Assembly (NCBI RefSeq): GCF_018350175.1
Contig: NC_058383.1
Location: 11,782,001 to 11,846,000, forward strand
DNA: 64,000 nucleotides
Direction of reading: 5' to 3'
Source of the DNA: Felis catus
Taxonomy: Eukaryota
A program made the translations under genes and the position numbers. Each line of letters begins with the position of its first letter. Position 1 is the first letter of the stretch. The notes under the pieces are model-generated. The model was given only the letters and a program-made list of their open reading frames with translations. It ran no database searches and was not told the origin of the DNA. Below are positions 24,338-37,761 of the stretch, in pieces.

Positions 24338-24957
24338 GTTCCTTCCTCCTCTTGTTTTTACCGTGCAGTCTTTATTAATGCACACTTTTATATTGGTGGA
24401 CTCTGTTTTTACTGACTGCAAAAAATTTCAATGTTATGAACACTCTAGAATTTCCTTCTCCATCTCTCTCCTGATGTTCATTTCGCTTTCTGTCTATTTG
24501 TATTTGAATGTATCCTTTAGAATATATTTCTTGAGAAAGCATTATGGGTGAAAAAAATCACATTAACCTTTTCAAACATTGCCAAAGTGCTTTCTTAGCA
24601 GATGATTCATAGTTACCCCCCATCAGTAATGTATGCAATTGCCCATGTCGGCATACCCCCATTAAACTTTTGTTTTTCCAAAATCATTCTAGCTACTTTG
24701 GACGGCATAACATAGTATGTTGTTAATATCTTGTGGGTTTGCATGTGTTTCACGTTTAGTAGATGTTTACGATCTATTGCTCGTAGATTTTTGGGGGTGG
24801 GGTGGAGTGAGACCATTGTCTTGAATGACCATTAATGTCCTGAAGACTGAGGTAGTTGAAACTCCCTATCTTGGTACTGTTGAATTTGTGGGTTTCCAGC
24901 TTCCTTCTTGACCTCCAAAGCCTTGGACTGAACTCCGTGCCTCATTCTGGATTGACA

Positions 24958-25620
24958 TATTTTAATTAATTAATTAATTAATTATTATATATAATAATTA
25001 ATATTATATATAATATATAATATATAATATATATTATATATTATATTATATATAATAATATATAATATATAATATATAATAATATATTATATATAATATA
25101 TAATAATATATTGTGTATAATATATAATAATATATTATATATTATATATAATAATATATTATATATAATATAATATTATATTATATATTATATAATAATA
25201 TATAATATATAATATTATATATTATGTATAATAATATATAATATATAATATATAATAATATATATTATATAATATATAATAATTAATTAATTAATTATAA
25301 TTAATATATATAATAATTAATTATATTATAATATATATTATTATATAAAATATAATATATATTATATATTATATAATATATATTATTATATATTATATAT
25401 AATAATATATAATATATAAGATATATAATGATATATATAATTATATTATTAAATTATATATAATATATTATACATATTATATTATATTATATTATATATT
25501 ATATTATAATTATATTATATATAATATATATACATTATATATAATAGTATATATTATATATCATTATATTATATTATTATAATATTATATATTATATAAT
25601 ATAATTATATTATATTATAA
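24958..25620. repeat. ~660-bp nearly pure A/T low-complexity repeat
   Basis: (TATAA/TATTA)n mosaic. Confidence 0.95.
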
Positions 25621-26774
25621 CCACTTTCCTGGATTGGTCTTGTCCTACTGAATCCACTTACTCCTGGTGGAAGGACAGGAAAAGCTCTCTCAGAGTTGCA
25701 AGAGCCAAATTAGCATCTCTTCTCTTCACCACTGCAGGCCAGTTTTTCTGTTTCTTGTAGGACTCAATGAGGGGGGGAGACAGCCATTTCTATGACTATG
25801 GAAATGACAGCTGAGTGCCAAGCTCTGCCAGTATTTCCTTAATGGAGGACCCAATGGGTCCCACATCATTCTCCAGAGAAGGGGAAACATGGAACAGTTA
25901 GATCCACAGTTTTGGGGTCAGAGCTTGGTCTGAGACCTGAATCCGTCACTCCTAGCCGAAGTGACAGAGAGAAATAATGCTCAGAAGAATGTAACACACA
26001 GATGGCACGTCATATGTGTCAACAGACGATAGCCATGATCATTCTTAGTAGTTGTGTATGTAGTTAATAGTGGGGATGTTTGGAAAAAAATAAAAGAAGA
26101 AAAATGTTGAGAGGAGGGGGCCGGGGGGGTTCGTTAGGAGACTTCATATCCCAACTTTACGAGTTTGTCAGGAAGAAAATTACTAAAGCTACTCTCTCTC
26201 CAATTTTACTCATTTAGCTTCTTCACCACGTCCCCCTTCTGACCCTGGTTTTCAACAGAGGGACCTAACCTCCATCTGTGGTTCAATTGACAGAAACCGC
26301 AACTCTCCCTTTGACTAACTGGACGGCTCATCAAATGGGCTGTAGCTGGTCTGTTCAATCAGAAGGCACAGTGGGAAAATGTTAGACTTGGACTTATTTC
26401 CATAACACTGGCAGACATTGCTGAAAGATCAGAACCCTGGAAATGTCGAGCCACGCTTCCTCGTAAGATTTTCACGAGACCTTCATTTTCTAAACTTGCC
26501 TCTCAGCCTCTTAAAGATTTATAAAGATGATTTAGTGCTTTGATGTGAAGATAAATATACCTGTGGTTTCGGAAATGTCAAAGATATTGCTTGAAAGTGA
26601 AAATTTCAGGCTGTCAACTTCATGGTCTACGTGGGGCCATGGAACCAGTTTGGTTGGTTCTTATCCTATTATTTTCAGCAAACCCAATCCACTTTCCGTA
26701 TATAAACAAAGTTAGCTGAGCCCTTCATCACACACACATATTTATTTATTCAGCAGCCATCTGAATGGCTTTAA

Positions 26775-26980
26775 AATTTCTTTCTTTATTTTGAAAGCGG
26801 GAGAGAGAGAGTGCAAGCAGGGGAGGGACAGAGACAGAGAGGGAGAGAGAGAATCCCAAGCAGGCTCCACGCTGTTAGCACAGAGCCTGAGGTGGGACTC
26901 GAGCTCACGAACCGCGAAATCAGGACCTGATTGGAAATCAAGAGTTGGATGCTTAACGGACTGAGCCACCCAGGCACCCC
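26775..26980 (-). mobile_element. Can-SINE
   Basis: Antisense body. Confidence 0.92.
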
Positions 26981-27134
26981 TATTCAGTAACCATCCTGAT
27001 TGACATCCCTGATCGGTTTAGTCATACAACAATCAACACAATGATAAAGCTTTGTCGGCTCCAACTCTACAGTTCCCATGCTCACTGCCTCTGTAGTTTT
27101 GTGGAATCTTGTGTAGACTGGCATGCCACTTTTC

Positions 27135-27349
27135 CCTTTTCTTTTCTTTTTGTAAGTTTATTTATTTATTTTGATAGAGAGCTCAAGTGGGGAGGGGCAG
27201 AGAGAGAGAGGGAGAGAGAGAATCCCAGGGAGGCTCTGCACTGTCAGCACAGAGCCCAACGCAGGGCTCAAACTCAAGGACGGTGAGATCATGACCTGAG
27301 TGGAAATTAAGAATCGGAGACTTAACTGACTGAGCCACCCACGTGTCCC
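27135..27349 (-). mobile_element. Can-SINE
   Basis: Antisense body. Confidence 0.9.
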
Positions 27350-27379
27350 AGCATATTATTTTTTCTTCTTCCTCCCCAA

Positions 27380-28200
27380 GTTATCTTCCTGTCAAAGCTG
27401 TTTCTCTAAAATGCAAATATTAACATAGCACGCTCCCATTTAAATCACTTCAAAGGCCCCCAACCATCTATGACAGCACCGTGCCATAAACAACGATGAT
27501 GAAAGTGTTCTGTAAATGAGCTTTTCAATATGGCGGCCACTAGCCATGTGGAGCTATTGAGCCCATCAAGAGTGGCTGGTAAGAATGGGAAACTGAATTA
27601 ATTTGTAAACATTTTAACTAAGTTAAATTGAATTTGAGATAGCCATATATGGCTTGGGTTGTCCATACTGGATGCTACAGATCTAGGAGATGAAGTCCAA
27701 GTGGCTTAGCATGGCATACAAGGGCCTCCATCATTCGGTTCCTCACTACTTCTCCAGTCCCAGCCACCAGTGTTCCATGCCTTTCCTGTTCACTAGCAAG
27801 ATCAGACACCCTGTAGCTCTCCAACTGTGCTTTGAGAGACAATGAGGCTATGACTGTGAACAAGCTATTCCCTTGGCCTTATTCTATGTGTCTATCTTTC
27901 CTGACCTTGCACAATTGCCATATTCTTTACGATCCTTTAATACAAACCTGAAATGTATTCCACCAAGGACTCTTTCTTGCCCAAGCCAGAAAACCAACGA
28001 GTTCTTTAGTTATTTTTACCTCCTGTATGTGGTGGTTATGTTACTGCGCTAATAACACTAAATTGTAATTACTTACCGAACTGTCGGGTTTCTTGGAAAC
28101 CAATTCATGACTTAATTTGTCGGGTGGTTGGTTGGTTTCTCCAGCACCTCTCACATTATCTGGGCTAGAATGGTCACCTCATGGGTGTCTGTTTAATTAG
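27380..28200 (+). mobile_element. L2 3' region interrupted by MER3
   Basis: tctctaaaatgcaaat...; aagtccaagtggcttagcatggcatacaagggcctcca; ccagcacct...cacattatctggg. Confidence 0.65.
27474..27680. mobile_element. MER3-like hAT/Charlie MITE
   Basis: caatatggcggccactagccatgtggagctattgagc core; 8-bp TSD atctatga / atctagga. Confidence 0.8.
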
Positions 28201-28545
28201 ATGTCATTGAATTATTTAATTGACCTTATGTAAACAAAACCGTTCGCTGTTCGACTTTTATTTTTCCCGATTCGGGGGTTATCCTTTGGAATCGGTTTTA
28301 AGTGAAACACTGACACATCTCATTTTCTTGGCAATAGAAAAGGGCTTGGGGATGGAGTGAGCTTGCTGAATTTACAAAAAAAGAAAACAAGAAAAAAGCT
28401 GTCTGTAAGTCCGATATCCAGTTCTTCCGGCCCACAGAGTGTGAGAATGGAAAGCCATTAAAAGTACAAAGCCTCTGTTTTCAAAACAAGACCTTATTCA
28501 GTTGGAAGATTGTGTCTCCTAGATCACTTGCCAAATTTTAGCTGT

Positions 28546-28651
28546 AAATGGGTGATGGGCATTGAGGAAGACACTTGTTGGGATGAGCACTGGGTGTGGT
28601 ATAGAAGCCCATGTGACAACACATTACATTCATAAAAAAATAAAATAAAAT
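28546..28651 (+). mobile_element. 5'-truncated felid/carnivore L1 3' end
   Basis: aaatgggtgatgggcattgaggaagacacttgttgggatgagcactgggtg + A-rich tail. Confidence 0.85.
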
Positions 28652-29439
28652 ACAGGCAGTGCCGTGTTTTCATAAAATATATATAAGTTAGATCTGTCCT
28701 TTGCACAGTTTAAACTATTACAGCAATTTCTCTCTGTGGACGGAAGCAACTTCTAGCAAGTTCACTCACGTCAGTACTAGACTCCGTGTGGGCATCCCTG
28801 AATTTTGACCTGGAAAACACCATGAATCACCCTGTCATTTTTTTTTTCATCCCCTAGCTCTCTTAAGCCTCGTATCCATATAGCCCTTCCCAGTTTACAA
28901 GGCACATTTGTCTCTATTATCTCATTTGATTGTTGTAAGAATCTTTCAAAGTAGGCAGGGCAAAATCAGTTATTCTGTATTCATAAGAAAGGAAGAAGGG
29001 AACAGACGCGCCTCTTACCCAAGTTCTTCCAGCCGGCAGGAAAGGGGCCGAAATCTTAGTCTGCCCGCAAGTCCAGACCTATTTTCCCCACTCTCTGTAC
29101 CCCCAGCCAAACTCCGCTGGGACCAGGAGCTTGCAGCCTGTGGTAGAAGTCTTCCCCCGATGGTGGCCTCCACGTGAGACCGTGTTCTCACCATGTCATC
29201 CCGCTGTTTCCTCTCTGGAATGTTGCTTCTAGTAAATGAGGGGGAAAATTGCCAGCGACAGCTTGATAACTACCCCCAACCACGGTCGACAGGGGTTACC
29301 TTCAGTCACAAGTTGGGAAGTGGTCTCCACGGAAACCCAGAAGTGGAGCGATTTCTCAAATGCGTCTCAACAGCAAGAGCTCGGTTATAAACTTTGTCAA
29401 AAGGCTAGAGTTACACCTCAGGAGAGGGGAGAAAGGGCT

Positions 29440-29650
29440 CCATATATACATATATATATATGTATACATATATAATATATAATATATGTTGTATGTTATA
29501 TATATAAAATCGTCTTACCTATATAAACATACATAAACATAGAATAAATATATTTATATTTTTATATTTTATATTTATATATTTATATTTATATTTATAT
29601 ATTTATATTTATATATTTTATAAATATATATTTATATATTATAGATATAC
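29440..29650. repeat. TA-rich / (TATATT)n repeat
   Basis: Direct observation. Confidence 0.9.
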
Positions 29651-31604
29651 GTAAATTTACTTTTGGTCATTGAGATACGCCATATTGTATATTGTATACG
29701 ATATGTCTTTTGAATCTCATTTGATGCAATAATGCTTCCTCTTTACCTGTTTACCGTCTCCTGAATTCAGGAATTTTGGTAGTACTACCCAGGTGAGAGC
29801 GTGTTATAACAAAAATCTCAGAAAAATTTCATAACCAAACCTTCTTGCGTGGAATTCATGTTCAGATGGGGTCTACTTCGTGATAAATACGGCACTGTTT
29901 CAAATCTAGTTCATTATGAGGTTTCCTGGTATTTCACATGAACAGAGTAAGGGGTCCACCAAATGTGAAAGAAGTAATGTGTTGTTTTGTTTTGTTTTGT
30001 TTTTTCCAGGTGCCTTCCATAGGCACGAGAACTAAGGTACTCTCTCTTTTCCGCCAAGTTGCTGGGATGAAAACATCTGGTCGTTCATTCAGTCCGTCTC
30101 AAATGCCACTAGCTTGCTCGGCAAACACGGACTTCTCTCTGCTTCTCTCTGGACCTTCTACTCCTCTTGAGGAGCCCTCTTTTGATTGTTCCTGGGCTCT
30201 AAGACTCCTCGGATTAGTATTTTGCTCCACACAGGTTGAGTAGCAGGTAACGGGCTCGGTGTTCCCACTTCCAGTTAGATGTCCTGGCTGAACATAAATA
30301 CAGAATAGGACAGAGATAAGTAAGGGTCAAAAATAAACTACAGTTAACTCTTATTCATGGGAAAATATCTACAACTTGTGTTTAGTACCGAGCAGGAACC
30401 CTGCACCCTTTCTACTTCTGGACTGCTCACCTACACCAGTTGTGGTGAATCTGAGCAGACGATATATTTTTAATTATGGATGACCAGTTGTTAAGAGTGT
30501 GTGCGTTGCTGTGGAACAAAGGGCCCCCGCGGTCAATGGCCTGAACCAACAATGCTTTATTATTTCCCACAATTTAGTGGCTCAGCTGGACATTTTACCT
30601 GCCCCATGCACTGCTGGCTGAAGTCACATATTCATTTGCATTAATTTAAGAGATTGACTGGGGCTAGAATGTCCATAGTAACCTCATTCACATGCTCACG
30701 TAGGAGTTGATGGGGGTCTCAGAGCTCATGTAGGTAGGTCACGTAGGAAGACTGCAATGTCTGGAGGTCAGCGGGCCCTCTCTCTCCATCAGGGTGGCTG
30801 GGACCTTACGTGGTGGTTCAAAAAAGCGAAAGATGAAGCTACCAAAACTCTTAAGAGTTCGAGTCAGAATTGCCAGAGCGTTACTTCCGCTGCCTTCTGC
30901 TGATTAAAACAAATCAAAGCCTAGCCAAGCTTCAAGAGGCAGAATCCACCTGTCAACGGGAAGAGTTCCATGTGCATACAAAAGTGGAACATAAGAGGAG
31001 TCATTTGTGACCATATTTGGAGACAACCTCCCAGCCTGCCCTGTAGCCACAGCGATCTATGTGCCTCCCGTGTGCAAATATTATCTGCCCAACCCAAAGA
31101 TCTTCAGTGTCATTCCAACAGTGCCTCAGGCTGAGACCCAAAGCCAGGATTTAAAGCCGGGTCTGGCTGTGGCTAGATGTGGATGAAACTACTCAGGTAA
31201 GTTTCCTCTTGCTCTGGCGACTTTGGAAACCAAAACACTAACACCACCACCAAAAACAAGCCCAGCCAAGTGCCTCGCCTCACACAAATACGCCCAACGT
31301 AAACAGCGAGACAAGAACAGAATAACCATAACAGACACACCTGTTCATGAAGTCAGGCACATATAGTGAGCTCCCCAGCCCTGGGGATGGGAAATGTCCC
31401 TTGGTTAGGGTCCAGTTCTGCGTCTGAGAGTGGTTCCCTACTCTACAACTTTCCTCCGCTCTGGGCTCTGTGCTCAGGGTCATTCTGTCTTTCGCATAAA
31501 TAAAGGGCTCACGCTTACAGCTAAGTAGCTTTCTCATCCTATTTTAGGCCAATATGTAGGGTTGGGCACCCAGAGGACTCTTGCTACTTTGCACTTAAAA
31601 ACAA

Positions 31605-31825
31605 TTTTTTTTTTACAGTTTTTTAATTTATTTTTGAAGGAGAGAGAGAGAGACAGAGCATGAGTGGGGAAGGGGCCGAGAGAGAGGGAGACACAGAAGC
31701 CGAAGCAGGTTCCAGGCTCTGAGCTGGCAGCACAGAACCCGACGCGGGGCACGAACCCATGAGCTGTGAGATCATGACCTGAGCCGAAGTCAGATGCTCA
31801 ACCGACTGAGCCACCCAGGTGCCCC
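31605..31825 (-). mobile_element. Can-SINE
   Basis: TSD tact(t/c)tgcactt. Confidence 0.93.
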
Positions 31826-31899
31826 TACTCTGCACTTTTTATTTGAGTCCAGTTCAGGAGTCTTTTGCTAGTACAATCATTATTAAACTTTGTGGGTTT

Positions 31900-32131
31900 T
31901 CTTTTCTTTTCTTTTTTTCCAAATTTTTTAATTTTTATGTATTTATTTTCAGAGAGACATACGGCGCAAGTCGGGGAGGGGCAGAGACAGAGGCGAGAGA
32001 GAAGCCCAGGCGGGCTCCATGCTGTCAGCGCAGAGCCTGACATGGGGCTCGAACTCACGAAACTGTGAGCTCGTGACCTGAGCCGAGATCAAGAGTCGGA
32101 CTCTTAACTGACAGAGCCACCCACGCGCCCC
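31900..32131 (-). mobile_element. Can-SINE
   Basis: Degenerate TSD taaac(t/c)ttgtg. Confidence 0.92.
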
Positions 32132-33289
32132 TAAACCTTGTGTGTTTTCTATGAATCCTGCTTTGGTCGCCGAAGCCCCATCCATGATTCTCTTTGACAC
32201 AAGCTTCTCCCTACTTTGGGCTTCTCGGGTTGTTATGGGACAGCAAGATTCTCGGAGACCCTTTGTCTGGCTGAGAAGATCCACCAGCAATCACTACCTT
32301 AAATCTTCCAGAGGTCCTGGAGTTCTTGCACTCCCGATTCAAAGGGGGGACATGTTCACACTCTTACTGGGAACAACGCTAGTTGCACATGGAAAGGAAC
32401 CCACCTTGAGGGTAAGAAACTAAGGCTGAAAGAGAAGGACTTGGCCACAGTCATAAACCAAATGGTTAACAAAGCAAGAAGGAGCCATTTTATCTCTTCT
32501 ATTAAAGTTCAGAGTGCTTTCTGCAACATCTCTCCCCTACGTGATGTTGGAAAGGAACACGGCTTTAAAATACGTTGTTCGGAATATCAGAGATAAATTA
32601 TCTTTGAAGCAATCTTTTTTATCATTATTCATGTCATCGTTATCCCCCTTCATTATGTTCAGCAGAGCTGACTGTGCTAGAAAGATCTAAAGTCAGAGAA
32701 CAACAATCAGTGCAGAGTTGGAAAGGAAGCCGCGGTGCCTGTGTTTCTGGAACATCTGGAGGAAAAAGCAAATGCCCTTCCTTTTGGGGTTTTAGGGATC
32801 TTTTACTTTCCATGAGTTTCCTCCCAAGTCATATAACAAACGCCTTCGAAACACCTTCGACACGTCCGACTCTATTCTCCGCGTTGGAGATTGGCCTTTG
32901 AGGTGCTCACGAGGTGGGAGTGTGGACAGTTGATGGTTGGAAGTATAAGCACGTAGTAGAACCGAGAAAGCAGCCCTGCTGGGAGCAGGTGAACAACACC
33001 TTGAAGAAAGAGCAGAAATTCGCTAGGAGTTGGTAACTGGAAGACGACCTGGAAGAACAGACAAGGTCAGTAGTCGGACGGGGTTGGGATGCAGTGTGCG
33101 TGATGGGCAGTGATGGGAAGGGAGGTTCTGGGGAGGCTGGAGACACGCTGCACTTTGAGTTGGACAAGAAAGCTGCGGAAGGAAAAAAAATGGCAGTCGT
33201 GTTCTGGGCCAACTGCAAATCAGAGGCCGTTGACCCTGGATCGGAATTTAGACCTTCCTATTTAGTGGTCAAGATAATGATTAAAAACA

Positions 33290-33318
33290 TTTTTTTTTAA
33301 ACGTTCACTTATTTTTGA

Positions 33319-33367
<49 letters not shown>

Positions 33368-33521
33368 TGGGGGAGGGGCAGAGAGGGAGGGAGAACTGGA
33401 AGCAGGCTCCAGGCTCTGAGCTGTCAGCACAGAGCCCAACGCGGGACTCGAACCCACAGACCTTGAGATGATAACCTGAGTGGACGTTGGACACTTAACT
33501 GACTGAGCCACCCAGGCGCCC
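33290..33521 (-). mobile_element. Can-SINE with (GA)n
   Basis: TSD gtcaagataatg. Confidence 0.93.
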
Positions 33522-33937
33522 CCCAGTCAAGATAATGTCTACTCAACCGAGTTTCCTCTCTGCTGTTGTTCTGTATGGTCACACACCTTGGTGGCGAGAG
33601 CACAGCCATCTCAGGGAGGCAGTGCGTGAAAAAGGCATGTGGTCACAAAGTCAGGGAATGTCAACAAAGACACGTGAGTGCTGAGGAAGCAAGCATACTG
33701 AGCGCATCTCCATTTTCTGATCGGGTCACGCCTGGTACTCTGACAGGCATTGCAAATTTGCTTGTAAATCGTGTACCCGTGCTTCGGGACCATTGCCACG
33801 AGGCAGTCAGAACAGAAGTTGTGGAACATGCTTTAGGCAAAGTGAGTAGACATTATTTGAAAACATCATTTATTTTTAGAGCCGGCAGCATTTCACCAAA
33901 ATGAACATTAGAGATCATATAGCCGAAAATCTGCTAC

Positions 33938-33980
<43 letters not shown>

Positions 33981-35800
33981 CTAATTCTCCTGTGCCCATA
34001 GAAACCTGGCCAGGTGGCTATTCAGATTTGTGTCAGACCTCCAAAGGCTGGTTACCTGTTTAACCTCCACCATGGCTCAAATACAAGGCTGAGGGCCAGG
34101 CCAGTCATACTCTCAAAGAGGCAATCAAGCTGCCTAGCAAAGAAAACAGAGGCAGCGAAGAGGCGTGATGCCATGAAATAAATTAGAATGAACATCCCAT
34201 TTTTATCTCTGTGGCAGGCGGCCCATTCCATTCTTTGCATGCTATTTTCATATGTTAACAGCAGCTTGAGAGCTGGATAGGAGGAGAGAAGGAATGGTTT
34301 CACGGAATGAGAGGGGAGGCGAGAGGGAAAAACACTTGTTATTAACCCAGAGCCAGTAAAACCCAGTTGTGCCTACTGGAACCAAACGGAACCGGCCGTC
34401 CGTTCAAGGGCTTGGCCTTGAAATGGGGAATGTACTGCCTTCACCCGGTCTGGGCCCCTCTGCCTCTTCCCCTAACCTTGTTGCTATGGCTTTCGCAAGC
34501 CTTGATCGAAGACAATGACATTTCCCCGATTCTTCCCCAGTGGTCGGTCCAGCTGGGTCAGTGGACCCCGAGCTGGGGCTTGGAACGCTCCCTTAATGGA
34601 GAGACGAGAGGCTTCTCCAAGTTCAGCAGCCCTGCACGCACACCCCTCCGGTTCCGTGAGCTGGCCCGGTACTGCAGAAGGCATGATGCTGTATGATGGG
34701 CCGGGTGCCAAACACTGAGATCGTTCTAGAAAATGGCCAGTTTCAATGGCAGATTTTATCCATTAAAACCTATTACTAGTTCCCTCCCAGAGCCCAGCTG
34801 GTTCCATTATAGAAAATTGGAGTGAAGTGATGTCAGGTTTGTGCCATAAAAATGAATAGGAATCTTGCTTTCCATTATTTTAAATTGCAGATTGTTGCAC
34901 AGATATGTATTTATTTTTGTCATTTCTCTCTGGCCCTGGTTGAGGGTCTGACCCTTGAATAATGAATACACAGAAAGACACATGTTGGCACTTGAGCCTT
35001 GCCTGTGTCGCCCTGGTTTTTCCTTCCATTTGTGACAAATTTAAAAAATGCAACACTCTTAAATGGGTTTATAATCCGCACTCTTTTAAGCTGTCACTCA
35101 ATCTCCGTCTCAGAAAATAGGCTATTGAAGCTAAGGAGGAAATATTTCATAGAGACCTCAACATGGGAAACTTACTTCCAGCTTTAGAGGCAGTCTTTCG
35201 GCTGCCTCTAAAGTAGCTGCGGAATTCAAATAAGAACTTGGAGTAATTGTTGCTTATTGAGATAAAGGAGGTTCATTTGGAAATGCCAAATACACTTTAG
35301 CGGCCTTAAAAATGATGGCTTCTTTTGTTTGGGCATAATCGAGTTTTCTAGATGTTTCTTTCAGACCCGGGATTTTTATAGGACGACTCTCAGGAGTAGG
35401 CAGAAAGGGCAGAGCAGCAGTGAATATGACGGTAGTGACCGTGGGTTCATTGTAAAGTATTTTATTGGTAAAAAAAGGTTTTATCTCTTGTTGCTCTAGA
35501 ACTTAAGTGGCTACTGGGGTCTAAAGACCAAAAATAGAGTAAGTCCTGGAATTACTAGACACATGAGGAGCAGTTGAAGTTCTGTACAGATCAGAGAATT
35601 TATCCCCCACGACAGCCTCGAGTTTCCGGAAAATGTGTCACTCACAACGGCCATGAGGATCACAGGACCACACGAATAAAAAAAAAAAAAGCCAGCAAAC
35701 AAGTGATAATTGTTTGAAATTTTTTAAGTGCAAACGTTATTGTTTTCAGAGATGCAGAAAATAACCTGGTGCACATTTCCTTGCCGGGAATAAATAATAC

Positions 35801-36065
35801 ATTAATTGCCATTATTGGCATATTAATTATGCCAATAATTAATTATATTATTATATTATGTTATTACAATATAATATAATATAATATAATATAATATAAT
35901 ATAATATAATATATTAATATAATAATTGCCATTATTGGCATATTAATTATGCCAATAATTAATTATATTATTATAATATTATAATATAATATATAATATA
36001 ATATATAACATAATATATTATATTATTGCCATAATTGGCATTATTAATTGCCATTAATAAACTAA
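35801..36065. repeat. palindromic AT-rich tandem repeat (120-bp period) with (ATAAT)n spacer
   Basis: aattgccattattggcatattaattatgccaataattaattatattatta at 35804 and 35924; degenerate third copy ~36021. Confidence 0.9.
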
Positions 36066-36422
36066 TTACAAAGTATGACGAGTGGATTTCAGAAATGATG
36101 GTGGCATGAGAGTCAACGGCACAGATTGTCTCCACTAAGTTCCATTCTTCTAGGTGAATCCAAGCCTAAGTCCGCCCTCACTGACAATGGCCGTAATAAC
36201 ACAGGCTCTGGCCTGTCTCAAATGTCCCCATCTTGACATCCAGCCCTGTGGCCGACTGTGAAGAGCCGAGCTTCAGGCTGAGGGGACTGCAATTTTCTCA
36301 CTGTCCCATTTGAATGTGAGAAGCGGAGAGGTGCCTTTACTCTCCCCGAATCCGTCTTACCCTGAGCTCTTTGGCAGGCACGAGGTTGAGACATTAGATC
36401 TCCGTCATCACCAGAACTCTAA

Positions 36423-36558
36423 GTTTTATTTATTTATTTATTCTTTATATTTGAGCACAGAGCCCGACACGCGGCTTGATCTCATTGAACTGTGAGATCA
36501 TGACCTGAGCTGAAGTCAAGAGCTGGATGCTTAACCGATTGAGCCACCCAGGCGCCCC
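36423..36558 (-). mobile_element. Can-SINE, internally deleted
   Basis: Antisense head plus tail, lacks CT region. Confidence 0.85.
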
Positions 36559-37251
36559 GACATGGACATTTTCTAAGCACAGAGAGTCCCCTGCATGAGG
36601 GCGTGTCCACCGGCATGTGTTATACCTCCAACAGGCTCCTTGATGAGTCTGGGAGTCCCAATGCCTGGGCCCCATGACCTACCCGTGACTCTATCTCATT
36701 CATCTCTCAAGTCCTCCAAGTTACCAGGTGGGACGGTAGCAGTTCTCCTCCCGATCTTGGAGAAGTTTCTCCTGCTTTGGTTTGGCCAATTGTGTCTTCC
36801 TTTTCATGCTCCGCTCTCCAGCCTTCCTCTTCCTTCCGGATCGGTCTCCTGCCACTGGTCTTTAGAAACACACTGACGCCCCACCCCGACTCCTTACTGG
36901 AAGGAGATGTTGAAACCTGACAGTTTTTGTGACTTCTTAAAACACGTCTTAAATCTAGATTCAAGTTCTGACTCTATCATTTTAGGAAGGCTGATTAAGC
37001 TGTGTCTCGGGGTTTGTAACAGTGGCACAAGAACAGTGCCAACCTCATAAGCTCACTGGGAAAATTAAACGAGAAAAAATAAGCATTCACATTCACCAGC
37101 TCAATGCACATAAGAAATACTGATCAAATAATTCTCATGAAGATGGAATCGTGGCTTATCCATTCATTAGATCCTGTGCTTTCGTTCTTGGGAGGAGTCG
37201 TTTTCCTGGACCCACATCTTTTCTGAAACCAGTTGGCGATTTGCATTAGAA

Positions 37252-37286
37252 AGAACCTGCAAATGTGACCTGATTTGGGGAAAGGT

Positions 37287-37333
<47 letters not shown>

Positions 37334-37761
37334 GGGGAGGGGGTTGCCTGTGTAATCAAATTAAAAATTGTGAGATGAAGAAACTATCCTGGATTACCCA
37401 ATGGGCTCTAAATGCCAACATGAGCATCCTTATAAGGAAAAGGCAGAGGGGGATAAACACAAACAGGGGAGCAGGCCATGTGCAGACAGAGCGGAGAGAT
37501 TTGAACGTGCTGGCCTTGAAGGCTGGAGGGCCGTGACCACAGGCCAAAGAAGGCCAGCAGCCAACGGAAACTGAAAGAGGCAAGGAACAGATCCCACCCC
37601 CTTCCTGAGCCTCCACAAGGAGAGTGGTCTGCCCAACACCACGATTTTGGCTCAGACACTACTTTTGGATGTTTCGCCTCCAGAACTGCGAGAGAATCCA
37701 TTTGCATTGTTTCAAGTCACCAAGTTTTTAATTCGTCATGGTAACCACAGGAAATTAGCAC
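37252..37761 (+). mobile_element. MLT1 (D-like) solo LTR with (TG)n
   Basis: atcctggattaccca...aaggcagaggg...cctccagaactgcgagagaat...acaggaaattagcaca. Confidence 0.85.

Larger units (their letters stand above)
30490..32330 (-). mobile_element. old MLT1 LTR (~30490-31035) plus adjoining MaLR internal sequence
   Basis: ttacttccgctgccttctgctgattaaaacaaatca...ccatatttggagacaacctccca, then MLT1-int-like ctggggatgggaaatgtcccttggttagggtcc. Confidence 0.6.

Noticed and set aside
28267..28295. Hairpin ccgattc...gaatcgg as a possible miRNA or ncRNA
   Set aside because: Stem too short and imperfect; no recognisable family
35801..36060. Palindromic repeats with spacers resembling a CRISPR array
   Set aside because: Mammalian DNA, spacers are (ATAAT)n low complexity, no cas genes
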